From assembly GCA_964016885.1 (NCBI GenBank), contig OZ024741.1, forward strand, positions 193,688,001-193,752,000: a DNA stretch of 64,000 nucleotides, written 5' to 3'. The translations under genes were made by a program, and so were the position numbers. Positions within the stretch are counted from its first letter, which is position 1. Every line of letters begins with the position of its first letter. The DNA comes from Eledone cirrhosa. Its lineage: Eukaryota. Of the stretch, positions 1 to 13,979 are shown one piece after another. The notes beneath the pieces were generated by a model. It saw only the letters and a program-made list of their open reading frames with translations. It did not search any database and was not told where the DNA came from.

Positions 1-499
1 ATGTACATGTGTGAAGAAGGAGAAACAGGAAGTTGTCTGTAGGGAGTTGTTGTTTTCTTAATGTCAATCAAGAATATAATAGAGGGGGAAGGGGGAGGGG
101 AGAAGCTTTGGTCACCACCACCACAACCACTATTACCACTTGAAGGGGGGGGTGGTCACCAGCACCAGCACCACCACCATCACTTCTCACTTTTTCACAG
201 CTACTGGTTTAACTAGCTTTGTTTCTATTACCATAAATATTGATGATGATGATGATTATGGTAAAAAGGGGCGCTGCTGGTGATAATGACAATAATGATG
301 ATGGCAATGATGGCGATCGTGACTGTAGTGGTAATTATAAAGACAAATTACAAAGAATGGGTTGGGTGTATTTTACATCCTGTGTCACAGAAACAACAAT
401 TCACAGGAAAGAAACAAAAACAATAATAATAATTATAATTTCTTTTTTGTGACAAGAACTCATATATATACATTACAAGGATTTTTTTCAACACACTGA

Positions 500-870
500 C
501 ACGTATGTGTATATGTGTGTGCGTGTGTGTATGTGCATATGCATACATTCATATGTATGAGTGTATAAATATAAACGTGCAAACACACACACAGAAATAC
601 ACACTCACAGACATAAATTCACACAAATACACGTACATTCACACAAACACACACACACACATATATTCACACAAAAGCACACATACATTCACACAAACAC
701 ACACATACATTTACACAAACACACACATACAGAGACACTCACACACATACAGATACACTCACACACAAATGGAACGTCAGCCGCTGTTTTACTATAGTTT
801 TTTCACCATCCTCTTTCTTCCTTTTACACACACATACATTCACACAAACACACACACATACACACATCGT
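500..870. repeat. Compound (TG)n/(CA)n microsatellite
   Basis: Degenerate CA/TG dinucleotide tracts that generate spurious H/T-rich ORFs. Confidence 0.85.
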
Positions 871-1073
871 GTGACGGACGGACGAAAGTCGCTCAAATTT
901 ATATATAGATATTATACATTTCAAGCACAGGCTATCACAATACATGTAAAGCTGGGCAAACAAAGTTATATAAAAACTAGTTGTTGTGCCAGGGGATAGA
1001 GGTGACTCTGTGGAAACATTTTTTGGAAATAATAATTGCAACTCTGTAAAAATATATTATTTGGAATACAATG

Positions 1074-1256
1074 GCGGATTGGCAGTATCGGTAGAAGGTC
1101 AGACGCCATGCTTTGACGCATAGAGTTACGGCCCTTTCCATTCTGAGTTCAAATCCCGCCGAGGTTAACTTTGCCTTTCATCCTTACGGGGTCGATAAAA
1201 CAAAGTACCAGTAATGCACTGGGTAATTTACTGGCCTTGTGCCAAATGTAGAAACA
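1074..1256 (+). mobile_element. tRNA-derived SINE family 1 (Meta-domain-like)
   Basis: A-box tggcagtatcgg, B-box gagttcaaatcc, body gcctttcatccttacggggtcgataaaa..gtaccag; 18-bp TSD attatttggaatacaatg (1056-1073 and 1257-1274). Confidence 0.85.
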
Positions 1257-1326
1257 ATTATTTGGAATACAATGTTTATATTGAGTTGTGTGTGTGTCTG
1301 TGTGTATGTGTGTGTGTATGTGTTTG

Positions 1327-1359
<33 letters not shown>

Positions 1360-1541
1360 ATGAAACTAAAATATCACTGCACCTCACCACCCTTGCACAG
1401 CATTGCAATTAGAGCCTTCACAAATATATTATTTGGAATACAATGTTTATATTGAGTTGTGTGTGTGTGTATGTGTGTGTGTGTGTGTGTGTGTGCGTGT
1501 GTGTGCGCATGTGTGTGCGCATGTGTGTGTATGTGTTTGCA

Positions 1542-1584
<43 letters not shown>

Positions 1585-1649
1585 ATGAAACTAAAATATC
1601 ACTGCACCTCACCACCCTTGCACAGCATGCAATTAGAGCCTTCACAATC

Positions 1650-1975
1650 ACTCCAAAATACTATTAAACATAGGTAGACCTGCATCTAGAAGATTGGCCC
1701 TACTCTTCAAAGCCAGAAAATACTTCAGCCTTTAACAAGTTCTGGCCCTCTACAATGTTCAGGTAAAACCCAGAATGGAATACTGCTTCCACATTTGGTG
1801 ACATTGCTAATGCCACCTATACACACATCCTAGATCATATCCAGAAAAAGGCTACTCATTTGATTGACATAAAGTCACTGACTGACACACTCCAGCCATT
1901 GGCTCATATTTCTACTGCTACTGCAACAGCCTATTCTCAGAGCTGGCTGATTTCATACCACCGCCATTCAGATTA
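1650..1975 (+). mobile_element. Decayed non-LTR retrotransposon ORF2 C-terminal fragment (CR1/Jockey-like)
   Basis: ASRRLALLFKARKYFS..VLALYNVQVKPRMEYCFHIW..ILDHIQKKA..LTDTLQPLAH, with stops. Confidence 0.65.
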
Positions 1976-2624
1976 GGTCTGACAGATTAAAATTTATAAC
2001 TACAATGATAATAATAATTATTAACACAGACACATGCAGGCGGGGGTGATTGTATCAACTTCAGTGTTTGGCTGTTTTTTTTAATTTTATTTACCCCAGA
2101 AAGATGAAAGGGAAAAGTTGACATGGATTGTACTTTAACTCAGAACATAATGACTCTGAAAAAAACAAAAAAAAAACAGAACCAAAATAAATACTACAAA
2201 GCATTTTCCAATTTTTTTCCATCTCCAAGGATTACTTGACTTATTTCACTATCTTATAGTAAATATCTGTATAATAGTAAATACATTTCACACACATATA
2301 TATATATTATCACCGTTTAATGTTCATATTTCAACACTAGTATGGTTTAGACGAGTTGTCCTGTTGTGAGAGAATTCAGATCACGTGACCATGTCTGGCT
2401 CATGCAGAACTGTTTCTGGCTTGGTTTCTACAGCTGGATGCCCTTCCTAATGCCAACCACATTTACAGTGTGGACTGGGTACTTTTTATCATGACACCAA
2501 AATGACCAACTGACAGGTTGAACTGGGTGCTCTTTGTTGTCACCAACTTAATCACCTTACAGGGTGTACCAGGTGCTTTTGATGTGTCACTAGTATGACC
2601 AGATTGGAGAAGATTGGGTGCGAA

Positions 2625-3121
2625 TGGTCTGTTAAAATTTTGTGAGCTGCGTTTTTATCCAAGGCTGTTTCTTCTGCAATCATCCAAACACTTAATTGGC
2701 AATATTTCGCCATCACCACTCAAACCACTTCCACATTTTGTTCATTTATTGATGAGATTGATCTTCCAGAATGATGTTTGTCTTCAACATTTTCTCAGCC
2801 CATTTTGAAAGTTTTGTGCCACTTAAAAAGCTTACTTCTTGTTAGAGTGACATCTCCATAAGTTTGTGTTAAAGAATTAAATGTTTCAGTTGCAGATTTG
2901 TTGAGTTTCGATATTTTCTTGCATCACAAATGTAACAGAGGTTACAAACAGGTCTGTGCATAAAACAGCAATAACTCAGGACTGACTCAATCGATCATGT
3001 TAAAACAAGTATATATATGCAGCCAAGGTCATAGTCAACAAGAATATATGCATCAATGAGGTGCTGCATTACCATGAAGTACATAAGAAAATCAGTACAC
3101 TTACTTTTGGGACATACCTCG
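2625..3121 (-). mobile_element. Mariner-like transposon 5' fragment
   Basis: Terminus TA|CGAGGTATGTCCCAAAAGT on - strand; decayed HTH region (TYGD..LFKWHKTFKMG.ENVEDKHHSGR). Confidence 0.6.
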
Positions 3122-4299
3122 TATAAATGTGTGTGTATATATATATAAATATATATGTGTATGTGTGAGTGTGTGTGTGTGTGTGTATCTATGTATGTCC
3201 AACCCAAGCAAGTGAATAAAAATGGACATAAAAACGATGATGATGATGATGATGATTAAATATATATATATATGTGTAAAGAAGAATAAGGCAGTATGTT
3301 GGAATTATACATCATTTTAGAAATTGCCATTGCTGTTATACACATTTCGATGGTATCAATTATGCAATAGATACATTCTCATGAAATAGCTATTATGTAA
3401 TTTTTTTATATATACTGGGATATACCCCGGGCAAGTGATGTTACTCCTCCATCACTTGATTGACATATATACACCGTATATACTCATGTAAAAATCAAAT
3501 TTTTTAGACCATTTTTTTAAGGTTAAATTTAAGGGGGTGACTATTACATGAATACTATTTTTGAGAAACTTGAAATTCAACCTAGCATCCAAAGTACTGT
3601 ATCAGTAGCAGAAGCCCAACTGGTCTCTAAACGAATAAAAACAAAAACAATGAATTACAGTAATATTACAAATTCTATGCATCAAAACATACATTCTAGT
3701 AAACAACAAAATCCATAAACAAATATTTACACTTGCTCTTTTACTTGTAGCCATCGAAGTTAACAGAATAGCTTAGTGGATATTAAAAAAATAACACCAA
3801 TCATTAGCAATTGAGTATGACTTGGTAGGATGTACCATGCTTGTTACTAAGGGCTTTAGATGTCCATGCAATCACAAGCAGACACAGACACCTTCTCGAT
3901 CCACCCTTTTTGTGATCCAGCAGAACATCTAGGATGTGATATCATGATGTGTGTGTATATATATATATAAAAGCAAAGTTTTTATAATAACTATTTAGTA
4001 TTAGTTAATGAAATAAGTCAAGTGAATAACCTGATAGAACAAACATAATATTGATCTTTAGCTAGATTTTCTAGGTCACCTTTCAGCTGTAAGGATGGTG
4101 GTCAACATAATATCCAGAAATCTGCTGCCCTGATCAGTAAAAATAAACTGGTGACTATTTGAAATATAAGAAAGAAAACAAGATGACAATGACCTGGCAA
4201 AATAGACTGGTACCTGCCTGAAATGAAATGACAATATAAAGGATTAGACAAAATGGAGATGAACCAAACATTGCTGTATAATCTTTAGATTTGACAGCA

Positions 4300-5253
4300 C
4301 CCGCTGACAACAGACGAAGCTCCCTGTGAGGTTCGGTGGCCTCGGTCTCTGATCCATATCAGATCTGGCACTGGCGGCCTACCTTTCCTCAATCTTCTCC
4401 AGTTGCACCCTCATCAGTGAGGCCCTCAGCAAGACAGCTGACCCTGACATGGTCCTAGAACTGGAGCAGGCTCTGGCAAACAGGACTGGTGAACGATTCA
4501 CTGTTTCCCCAGTATACAAATGTCTAACATATCCAGGGTGACATGAAGTCCAGGTCTACCTTCAGGCAGATTGAGTCTGCCTTACCTGCCTCTGATCTGC
4601 TTCACAGCAAAACAGTGGTGCATGGTTCAATTCAATGCCTTGCTCATCATCTGGTACCTTTCTTGATGACGACTGCACTCACATTGAAGTGGTCAAAACC
4701 CTTGACCTCTGTGTGTGTGAGCCACACAAATGCCATTGTGGCGCTGTTGTCAATGAGTTTGGCCTGCACCCACTGTTATGCTGCCAGAGTGCAGGCCTGT
4801 TCCCCCAATGCCGCTCTCAATGACATATTGAGAAGGAGCCAGGATGCAGCCGGCTTCTCTTCACAACTGGAGCTAGCAGACCTTGACCACAGAGACGACA
4901 AGCACCCCGATGGAATTACCCTGTCCCCATTCGAAGGAAGTAAATCCCTCATCTGGGACATGACATGCTGTGACACGTTCTCCACCTCCAACTTAGTCAC
5001 TTCAGCAACAAATGAAGAGGACAGGAAGACAAACAAATACCAGGGCTTGTCCGGCCACTTCTACTTTTCACTGGTTGACGTTGAGATCTGAAGAGTGTTT
5101 GGACCCCATACAGCCAATCTCCACCTTAAAATTGGAATGTCAGCAGCACGTCTGAGGAAGGGGCCTTGCAAGGTGGGGTAGCTGTTGCAGTGGGTGTTGC
5201 TGACCATTGTCCATGGAAATGCCTTTGCAGTTTTGTCTGCGGGGCAGAGCTAA
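4300..5253 (+). mobile_element. CRE-clade (RLE endonuclease) non-LTR retrotransposon fragment
   Basis: LPVRFGGLGL..DLALAAYLSS; CHCG..EFGLHPLLC; ALNDIL; DDKHPDGITLSPF..LIWDMTCCDTF..KTNKY..HGNAFAVL; frameshifted. Confidence 0.75.
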
Positions 5254-6049
5254 AATACTGCCCCGACCCAGAGGCAGTGTTTCAGCCGTGCACCTTCTCT
5301 TTCTTCCTTGCCTAGTAGTCCTTGCCCTTTCCTTATAGCTCTAGCTGTTTGCATCCTTTTCTTCTCATTTATGGCATTTATAGGCCTTTCCTTTTCTTTC
5401 CTATACAGCCAGATCTGCCCGTCATTACCCTTTTCCTCTTTTTTTCATTACTTAATTTTATTTATCCTTAGAGTGTGGAAGATATGATGGCAAAATATGA
5501 GAATGAAAACAAGAACATATACCTTGGAACAAAATCATTGAAACACAAAAATTACATTGAAAACTGCCTAATTAGTTAATCAAAGCAGTGTTCATTAAAC
5601 CAAGTGATAGAAAGATGAGACACGGAAGTAAAAACGATGTAACAAAGAAACTAACCTTTATGGTTTGCTTAAATTTTGTGACAAATAATAAATGTTTTAA
5701 AAAGAATGAAGTGTGAAGTATAAACACATTTCAACTATTCTTCAGTACGCAGAAAAACATAAAAGATTATTTTTATGCATTTCAAACAGCAAATGCTTTT
5801 AATTTAAAAAAAAAAAATTGGTACTTATCTTTAAACATATCCTCTATTCTAGCATATATTTAATTTAATTACGTCATCCATACATATGCATGTTATGCAA
5901 ATTAAATCTTGATGGTGATAATGATTATGACTGTAATAATAATGTTTGTATATATTTCAGATAAAAATAAAGACAAGCAGCTGACTAAATATTTGTATTA
6001 ACCCATTGGCAGTGAATTACCTCCCCATTACTGGATTATTACAAAAAAG

Positions 6050-6174
6050 ATGGTAGTATTTCAAGAGATAAAACTATTCTGGATGTTGGTATCTGCTACT
6101 GTCACTCTTACTAATGGACATCGAATCACAACAGCATCAGACTTCTACCATTCCAATATACTCGAAGATGAGAA
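6050..6174 (+). CDS. MCFD2: MCFD2-like coding exon 1 (signal peptide)
   Basis: Acceptor tttcag|5961, ATG at 6050, [41 protein letters not shown], donor AA|gtaagt. Confidence 0.8.
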
Positions 6175-7671
6175 GTAAGTTGGAAATATAACACAAAACA
6201 CTAGTCAAACAGGCAAATGGGGTAACAAGTGAGTAGTGAGTAGTGAGTAACACACAAAATAACAACTGGAACAACAAATGGGATAGTAAAAGGAATAAAA
6301 TGGAATAACAACTAGGATAATACTGAGATAGTACATAAGGTAAAACAAGAGGGATAACAGTTGGTAAAACAAATGGGATAACAAGTGAGATAACAAATGG
6401 TAAAGAAAGGAGATAACAAATGGGATAAGAAATGGTATAACACTAGCATATAACAATTGGGGTAGCAAATGATATATAACAAGTGGGAGAGCAAATGGGA
6501 TGACAAGTGGGATATAACAAGTGGGATAAAATGGGTAAGATAACACTGGGATTGCATATTAAGTAAGTCATGTGGGGTAACAAGTGGGACAACAAATAGG
6601 ATTTAACAAGTAGGGTAACAGATGGAGTTTGTCAATTGGGATAACATTAGGATATCACATTGGGTAAATCAAGTGGGATAACAAGTAGGATATAACAAAT
6701 AAGATAACAAATAGAATAAAAAATGGAATACCACTGGGATAGTACATAAGGTAAAACAAGTGGGATAACAAATGGTCTATAGGTATGAATGAATTTGTAA
6801 TTCCTGATGGAGTCATAGAAGCACAGTAGGGATATATAGTATGTCTTGGACATTTTAAACCTGGCAGAGCCCATCACTCTCTGATTTCTTCCAGAGAAAT
6901 ACTGGACTGGTACATTTTATCGACCTTGAAAGGATGAATGGCAAAGTTGACCTCAGCAGGTTGTGAACTCAGGACTCAGAGAGCTGGAACAAATAACAGT
7001 AAAACCTTCTATCTGACATTCCAATAACTCTGAATTCTCTGCCTACAAATGGGATATAGTGCTCACTATAAAAGTGTACAGTGCTCAGATGCACTATAAC
7101 TCATCAAAAGTGCATGTATAGTATAAAGAATAATTGTTTCTACTTTTGGCACAAGGCCAGCAATAACCCAGTACATTACTGGTACTTTATTTTATCGACC
7201 CCGTATGGATGAAAGGCAAAGTTAACCTCGGCGGGATTTGAACTCAGATCATAAAGGGACGTAACTATGCTGGAAAGCATGGCATCCGAGCCTCTACCGA
7301 TACTGCCAATTCATCGCCCTTATAGTATAAAGAATAATGTACAAAAGTCAGGAAAATGAACCGTGTATGAGTCATGATACACACACACACACACCCCACA
7401 CACACACATACAACACAACACACACACACACATGCATATGTATGGAGGGGGAATATCAGGTGTAGCGTTGTAGTGTTGCCGAATTTCTGGGAGCATGAAT
7501 GATTTGAAGGATGCAGTGTTCCGACAGCTAACAACTGATGCAGGTAGTTTGTTCCATGTTTCAGAAACTCTGAGCATCAACAAAAGATTTCCCAAGGAAA
7601 AAGTAATTAGATAGTGGGTGTAGTGTGGATTACATAAATGTAGGGTGGGTGTCATGTAGCAGTAGTAGTAA

Positions 7672-7735
<64 letters not shown>

Positions 7736-10700
7736 TGTTGTTGTTGTTGTTGACTGATTTTTGTTTACTGATGTTATACTACAGACATATCAGAAGTCAT
7801 TTACAAAAAATCACCAATATTGGAAACAAGGAACTGACCTCTGAAGAAATAGAGTTCCACTTCTTCAAGTAAGATAAAATATATTATTATTTGTATGTGT
7901 ATATATATATACACACACACACACACACATATATACACACACATATACCGATATATGTGCAGACAAATAAACTCATAAATGAGACCTACTAACAGTTAAA
8001 ATATATATTTTTAAGTAGTGAGTAAGCAAGTAATATTTCAATGAGACAAGTAGGAAGGGGGATAAGTTCTTCTGATTGAAGTGTCTAAATTTCATGGCTA
8101 TAATAAATTCATTTTATCAGACTGCCATAAATGAAAGGATAAATTAGGGAACTTATAAGTAAATTAGTAGGTAACATAAGATACTATCAATTGGAGAAAA
8201 GTAAGGTGGGAAAAGAAAACTAAGATCGAATCTAATTCTAGTCAAAGAGGAAAAAAAAAATGTATATGCAGCTAAAGCTATGTACCTTTGCCAGGTACCA
8301 CCCAGATTAGCATCTTTCCTTTCTCTTGTCTAGATATCCTATTCCTATTTTATTTCCTCTATACACCTTTAGCTGCATATTCATTTTTTTTTTCCTCTTT
8401 GACTAGAATTAGATTCGATTCTACTTTTCTTTTCCCACCTTACTTTTGCTCCTGCCCTATCTCCAATTGATAGTATCTTATGTCACCTACATAATGTAGG
8501 CACTCTTACAGGTAGATCTGGTGAAATAGTGGAGATGCTGGAGAGAAGGCATGTGGATGTGTGCTGCATGCAAGAGGTGAGATGGAGAGGTGCCTCTGCG
8601 AGACTAATTGCAGGCAAACATCTTAGTTATAAATTTTTCTGGGTGGGTAATGATGATGGGTTAGGGTGAGTAGGCATTTTCCTGGCTGAGAGATGGATCG
8701 ATAAGACAATAGAGGTAGTTCTAGTTAGTAATAGAATAATTTAGCTTAGATTAGTTGTAGGTAAGAAACTACTGACAATCATCTCTGCCTATGCTCCCCA
8801 GGCAGGCCTAGGTAAAGAAGAGAAAGACTACTTTTACGAGCAACCTTTACAAACAGCTGCAATGACAGAGGACGGAGACATCGTTATGCTAGCAGGAGAC
8901 TTCAATGGTCATGTTGGACAGCTCCAGGATAGTTACACTGGAGTACATGGTGGGCACAGTTACGGCTCAAGAAATGAAGAAGAAGTGAGACTTTTTGAAT
9001 TGTGTGATGCAAGTGCACTAACCATTTGCAACACTAACTTCCAGAAACCTGCCAACCACCTAATAACCTACAAATCAGGTGAGCACATAAATCAGATTGA
9101 CTTCTTGCAAGTTAGGCAGTGGGACAGACAGATGGTATCAAATACCAAGGCATACCCTGGGGAAGAATGTACCCCACAGCATATGTTAGTTGTTAGTGAT
9201 ATCTAAGTAAGCAAGAGACGGAATGAGACATACAGGAAGGTGTGGAGAAGAAAGGTCTGGAAGTTAAAAGACCTTTCACTAAAATACAAATTTAGGAAAA
9301 CCCTTCAAGATGTGTATGATGAAAAAGAAGACAATTTAGAGTTGTATGACATAGATGATAACTGGAATTTCTTACGTGACAACTTACTGCAGGCTACTGA
9401 AGAAACTTGTGGCTGGAGCAGAGCTCCAACCAGACAGAGAGTGGCCTGGTGGTGGAACAGCACGGTAGATAGGGCCATTAGAGACAAAAGACTAGCATGG
9501 AATGCTTGGGAAAATAGTGGGAGTAGAGAAGGATATACAACCGCTAAGAGAGAAGCTAGATGTCAGGTGAACTTAGCATGCAGGGAGACTGAGAGTAGGA
9601 GGTTTGCCCATGTTCTGTGACGGGAAGATCAGAGACGTGCTGGTGTACTTAGTGTCACGAAGGATCAGAAAAAGGTGGCCTGGAAATGTCATTATGAGAG
9701 ACTGATGAATGTGGAGAATGGATGGGAGAGAGAGAAATTACCTCCAGTAGATCTAACAGGGGGACCAGCTATTGAGATTGACGAACATAGGGTCCAAAAG
9801 GCGATTAAGGAAATGAAAAATGGTAAGGCCACTGGACCGTCGGGGATAGTTGCTGAGATGCTGAAGGCATCAGGTGAAGTAGGCATTAAACGGGTTGCAC
9901 GCATCATCAATCAAGTTATATATGGTGGTGTCATACCCAAAGACTAGTACAGCAGTATTCTCATAAATTGCTTCAAAGTTAAAGGAGATGCTCTGGAGAG
10001 GAGCAATTATAGGGGCATAAAACTGATGGATCAGGTTATGAAAGTGGCAGAAAGGATATTCGCGCAACTAATTAGAGAAAGGGTCAAACTAGATGAGATG
10101 CAGTTTGGTTTTGTGCCTGGGAAAAGTACAACAGATGCCCTCTTCTTAGTGAGGCAATTACAAGAGATGTTCTTAGAGAAGAATAAGCCACTATACTTAG
10201 CCTTTGTTGACCTAGAGAAGGCCTTTGATAGGGTACCCCGATCTGTTATCTGGTGGTTCCTAAGGAAGCTAGGTGTTGAGGAATGGCTTGCGAGGACAGT
10301 GCAAGCTTTGTACAGAAGTCCTGTCAGTAAAGTGAGGATAGGAATGGAGTTTAGTGAGGAATTCCAGATACAAGTAGTACATCAGGATTTGGTCCTCAAC
10401 CCGCTCTTGTTCATTATAGTCCTCCAAGCCATAACAGAGGAGTTTAAGACTGGCTCTCCATGGGAATTTCTCTATGCTGATGATCTGGTTCTTATAGCAG
10501 AATCAGTAGAGGAGCTAGAGAATAAATTGTGGCTATGGAAACAGCAGTTGGAATTAAGAGGACTGAGAGTGAAGTTAGCTAAGACAAAAGTGTTGAGTAG
10601 AAAAGAGGACAAAACTCTGATTCCATCAGGGAAATGGTCACGTTCCATATGCAGAAAAGGAACTGGCATGAATTTTATAAAATGTACACAATGCAGATCT

Positions 10701-13700
10701 TGGGTACACAAGAGATGTAGTGGGATAGCAGGCAAACTAACAGGTAGCGAGAAATACGTATGCAGTAGATGTACAGGGAAATTTGACAGTAGAAGTCGCA
10801 CTGATAGACACATTTTTCAAATGCAGGTGGTTACTATAGAAGTGGTTGATAGCTTCCGGTACCTAGGTGATCAGATTAGCATGGGAGGGGGGTGTTCCGA
10901 GGCCATAGTATCTAGAATAAGGACGGGTTGGAAGAATTTAGGGAGCTACTTCTTCTGCTGACAAAGAAGGGTTTCTCCCTGCATATGAAAGGCCAGTTAT
11001 ATGATGCCTGTGTGAGGTGCACGATGCTGCATGGTAGTGAGACATGAGCAGCAACTTCAGAGGATATGCAATGGCTGGAGAGAAATGAGGCAAGCATGCT
11101 CCGTTGGATGTGCAATGTCAATGTGCGTGAACGACCGAGCATGGATGTGTTGAGAGAGAAACTGTGTCTGAGAGGGATAGAATGTAGTGTGCGAGAGAGG
11201 AGACTGTGGTGGTATGGACATGTGATATGCATGGAGGATGACCGCTGGGTGAAGAAGTGCCAAGAAATGCCAGTTGAAGGAAGACGTAGTAGAGGAAGAC
11301 CACAAAAAATATGGGCGGAGGTGGTGAGAGCAAACCTCAGATCACTGAAGCTCACAGTGAAGGACCGTGACAAGTGGAGAGAGGCTGTGCTGAATAGGAC
11401 CCATCCCACCCTTGCAAGCAGGGAAAAGCGGATGTAAAATGATGATGATGATGATGATATCTATATATATATATATATATATATACATATATATATGCAC
11501 ATATGAGAATATATATGATTTGTATATATGTGCGTCTGTGTGTGTAAGTATGTATGTATATGCATGTAGATGAGTATATGTTGTATTTGTGTTATATACG
11601 TATTAGGTGTATTTGCGTATGCACATGTGTGCATACATGTATATGCGTATGCACGTATACATATATATGTATATATATATGTGTATACATATGTGCATAT
11701 ATATGTATGTGTGTATATATATATATGTATACATGTGAGTGAGCGTATGCATGTATATATGTTGTGTAGGAGATTATTATGTGTGTATGTACATATGTAT
11801 ATGTTTGGGTGTATATATATATGTAGGAAAGGTGTAGGTAGGAACTCCATCCTCTGCCCCAAATGCAAACAATGGGTACACAAGAGATGTAGTGGGATCT
11901 CAGAAAGCTTAACTAAGAATGTAGGCTCCACATGCAGCAGCTGTGCTGGGACAGCAAGCAGCAAACAGCCACAGGAAACAATTACCACCAAACTCTGGGA
12001 GGGCTCTGTAGAAACAGTAGACAGCTTCTGCTACCTAGGTGACCGAATTAGCAGCGGAGGTGGGTGTTCAGAAAGAAGAATAACTAGGGTAAGAACGGGA
12101 TGGAAGAAGTTCAGGGAACTACTGCCACTGCTAGCTGCAAAAGGCTTCTCCCTCAAAATGAAAGGCAGACTGTATGATGCGTGTATACGAACAGCAATGT
12201 TACATGGTAGTGAGACCTGGGTGCTGAAGGTGGAAGACTTACGTAGATTAGAAAGAAACGAAGCCTGCATGCTCCGATGTATGTGTAATAGTAATATACG
12301 AGGACAGCAAAGCATAAACGAATTGAGTGAGAGACTGAGCATCAGAGGAATCAAATGCTATGTGCAGGAGAGGCAGTTGCGTTGATATGGACATGTGATG
12401 CATGTGAAGGATGACAGCTGCATAAAAAGGTGCAGAGCACTAGAAGTCGATGGGAGCCGCAGAGTGGGGAGACCGTGACCTCTGGCGTCATGGAGTAATA
12501 TAGACGACCCGACCCCCCACGGATACAAGCCGAAGCTGAAGCATATAGACAATATACCCCACCCCCTCCCACTGCAGAGTGGTCGTTGAGGTGTCACGGC
12601 AAAAAAGCACCCAGCCCACACTGTAAAGTGGACGTGTAGGCGCCACGGAAAAAAAAGCACCCAGCACTCACTGTAAATGAGGTTCGTGTTAGTAAGGACA
12701 TCCAGCTGTAGAAATCAAGCCAGAATCAGTTCCCGTATGAGCAAGACGAGGTCGGGCGACCGGACACTGCCCACAACAGGACAACCCGTCTAACCCATGC
12801 TAGCATAGAAGAATGGGCGTAAAACGGTGATGATGATGATCATATATATAAGCAACTGAATGAATGAAGGAGTTACAAGCTGTTAAAACAAGTTCTTTAT
12901 ATAAATCTTACATCTTTCTCTGAGGAGCTCGTGTGGGTGAAACATTATGTAAGAGTTATATAAAGAACTTGTTTTAACGGCTTGTAACTCCTTTATTCAT
13001 TCATTTGCTTATACTTGTTCTGCTTGAACAATCTACTAAATATTAAATTTTCTCTAATATTTAACTCTGCTAACCCAAACATTGAGCACATTCCACTTCG
13101 GCATTTGGCATTTAGTAATCTGTATCCCACTTCTCTATATCTCTCTATTTCCTCCTCTCCTACGATACATATATCCTATTATATATATATACCAGATGTG
13201 CCTTATACAGGGACTAAACCATATTTGTTGTGTATTATTTGCTGCAGCTTGATCATGCATTAACCCCGCTTTGTCTGTGTTTGGCTTGTATTGATGTGGT
13301 GCCTGTCTATGTGCAGGTTTAACACCCCTGGTCCAAGTAGTTCCGGAACCTACTGGTATACCCTGATTATGTATACTATGGGGAGGAATAAAATCCCCTT
13401 TGGACTTTCTGAAGGTACTTTAGGGGTCTCGTAGTATTTCTATAACTCTAAGTCACGGGAAACTAAATCACCTGTTCTATTAAGTGACTAATGCATAACT
13501 TCCTCTGTTGCTTTTGTGTGCTTTAATTTTTTTTTTTTTTTATTATTTATTTATCTTTTTATATTATTATTTTTCTTTTACTTTATTATTATAATATTTT
13601 TTAACTATCTTTAAATGCTTTATTTGTTTCTGTGTGCCCTCACGTGCCTCCGTCTCTTGTGAGAAAATCTACCTATATCCTCATATGTAGCCGTAATGTT

Positions 13701-13926
13701 GAATAACAACCCCATTACGCATTCTCTCCATCCTTTCTATTTCCAATCTCCCTCTTATTATCCTGTACTGTATATCTAATGTTCGTGTGACTAAGCTTGG
13801 TAGAGCTTATACTCAGCACTATATTTTTGTTTTTAAAGCTCTGATGATTCCTGCCCCACGGTATGGATGAAACATTGTCAGCAAATAAAAATTGTATGAG
13901 CATGTAGGCGTTCTTTGATTTCTTTT

Positions 13927-13979
<53 letters not shown>

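Noticed and set aside
1074-1160. tRNA gene (A and B boxes)
   Set aside because: No cloverleaf; it is the head of a multicopy SINE with a TSD.
240-1677. Many H/T/C/V-rich ORFs in the ORF track
   Set aside because: Translations of (CA)n/(TG)n/(GAT)n microsatellites; the same applies to ORFs at 6205-6877, 11461-11820 and 41473-41892.
5715-5750. - strand gua-CUGAAGA-auaguu-GAAA-uguguu-UA-uac
   Set aside because: Stems II and III are essentially absent; could arise by chance in AT-rich DNA.
13315-13400. Possible twister ribozyme (UUAAC..GGUCCAAG..GGGGAGG)
   Set aside because: P4 and the T2 pseudoknot could not be built; only a generic multi-branch fold.
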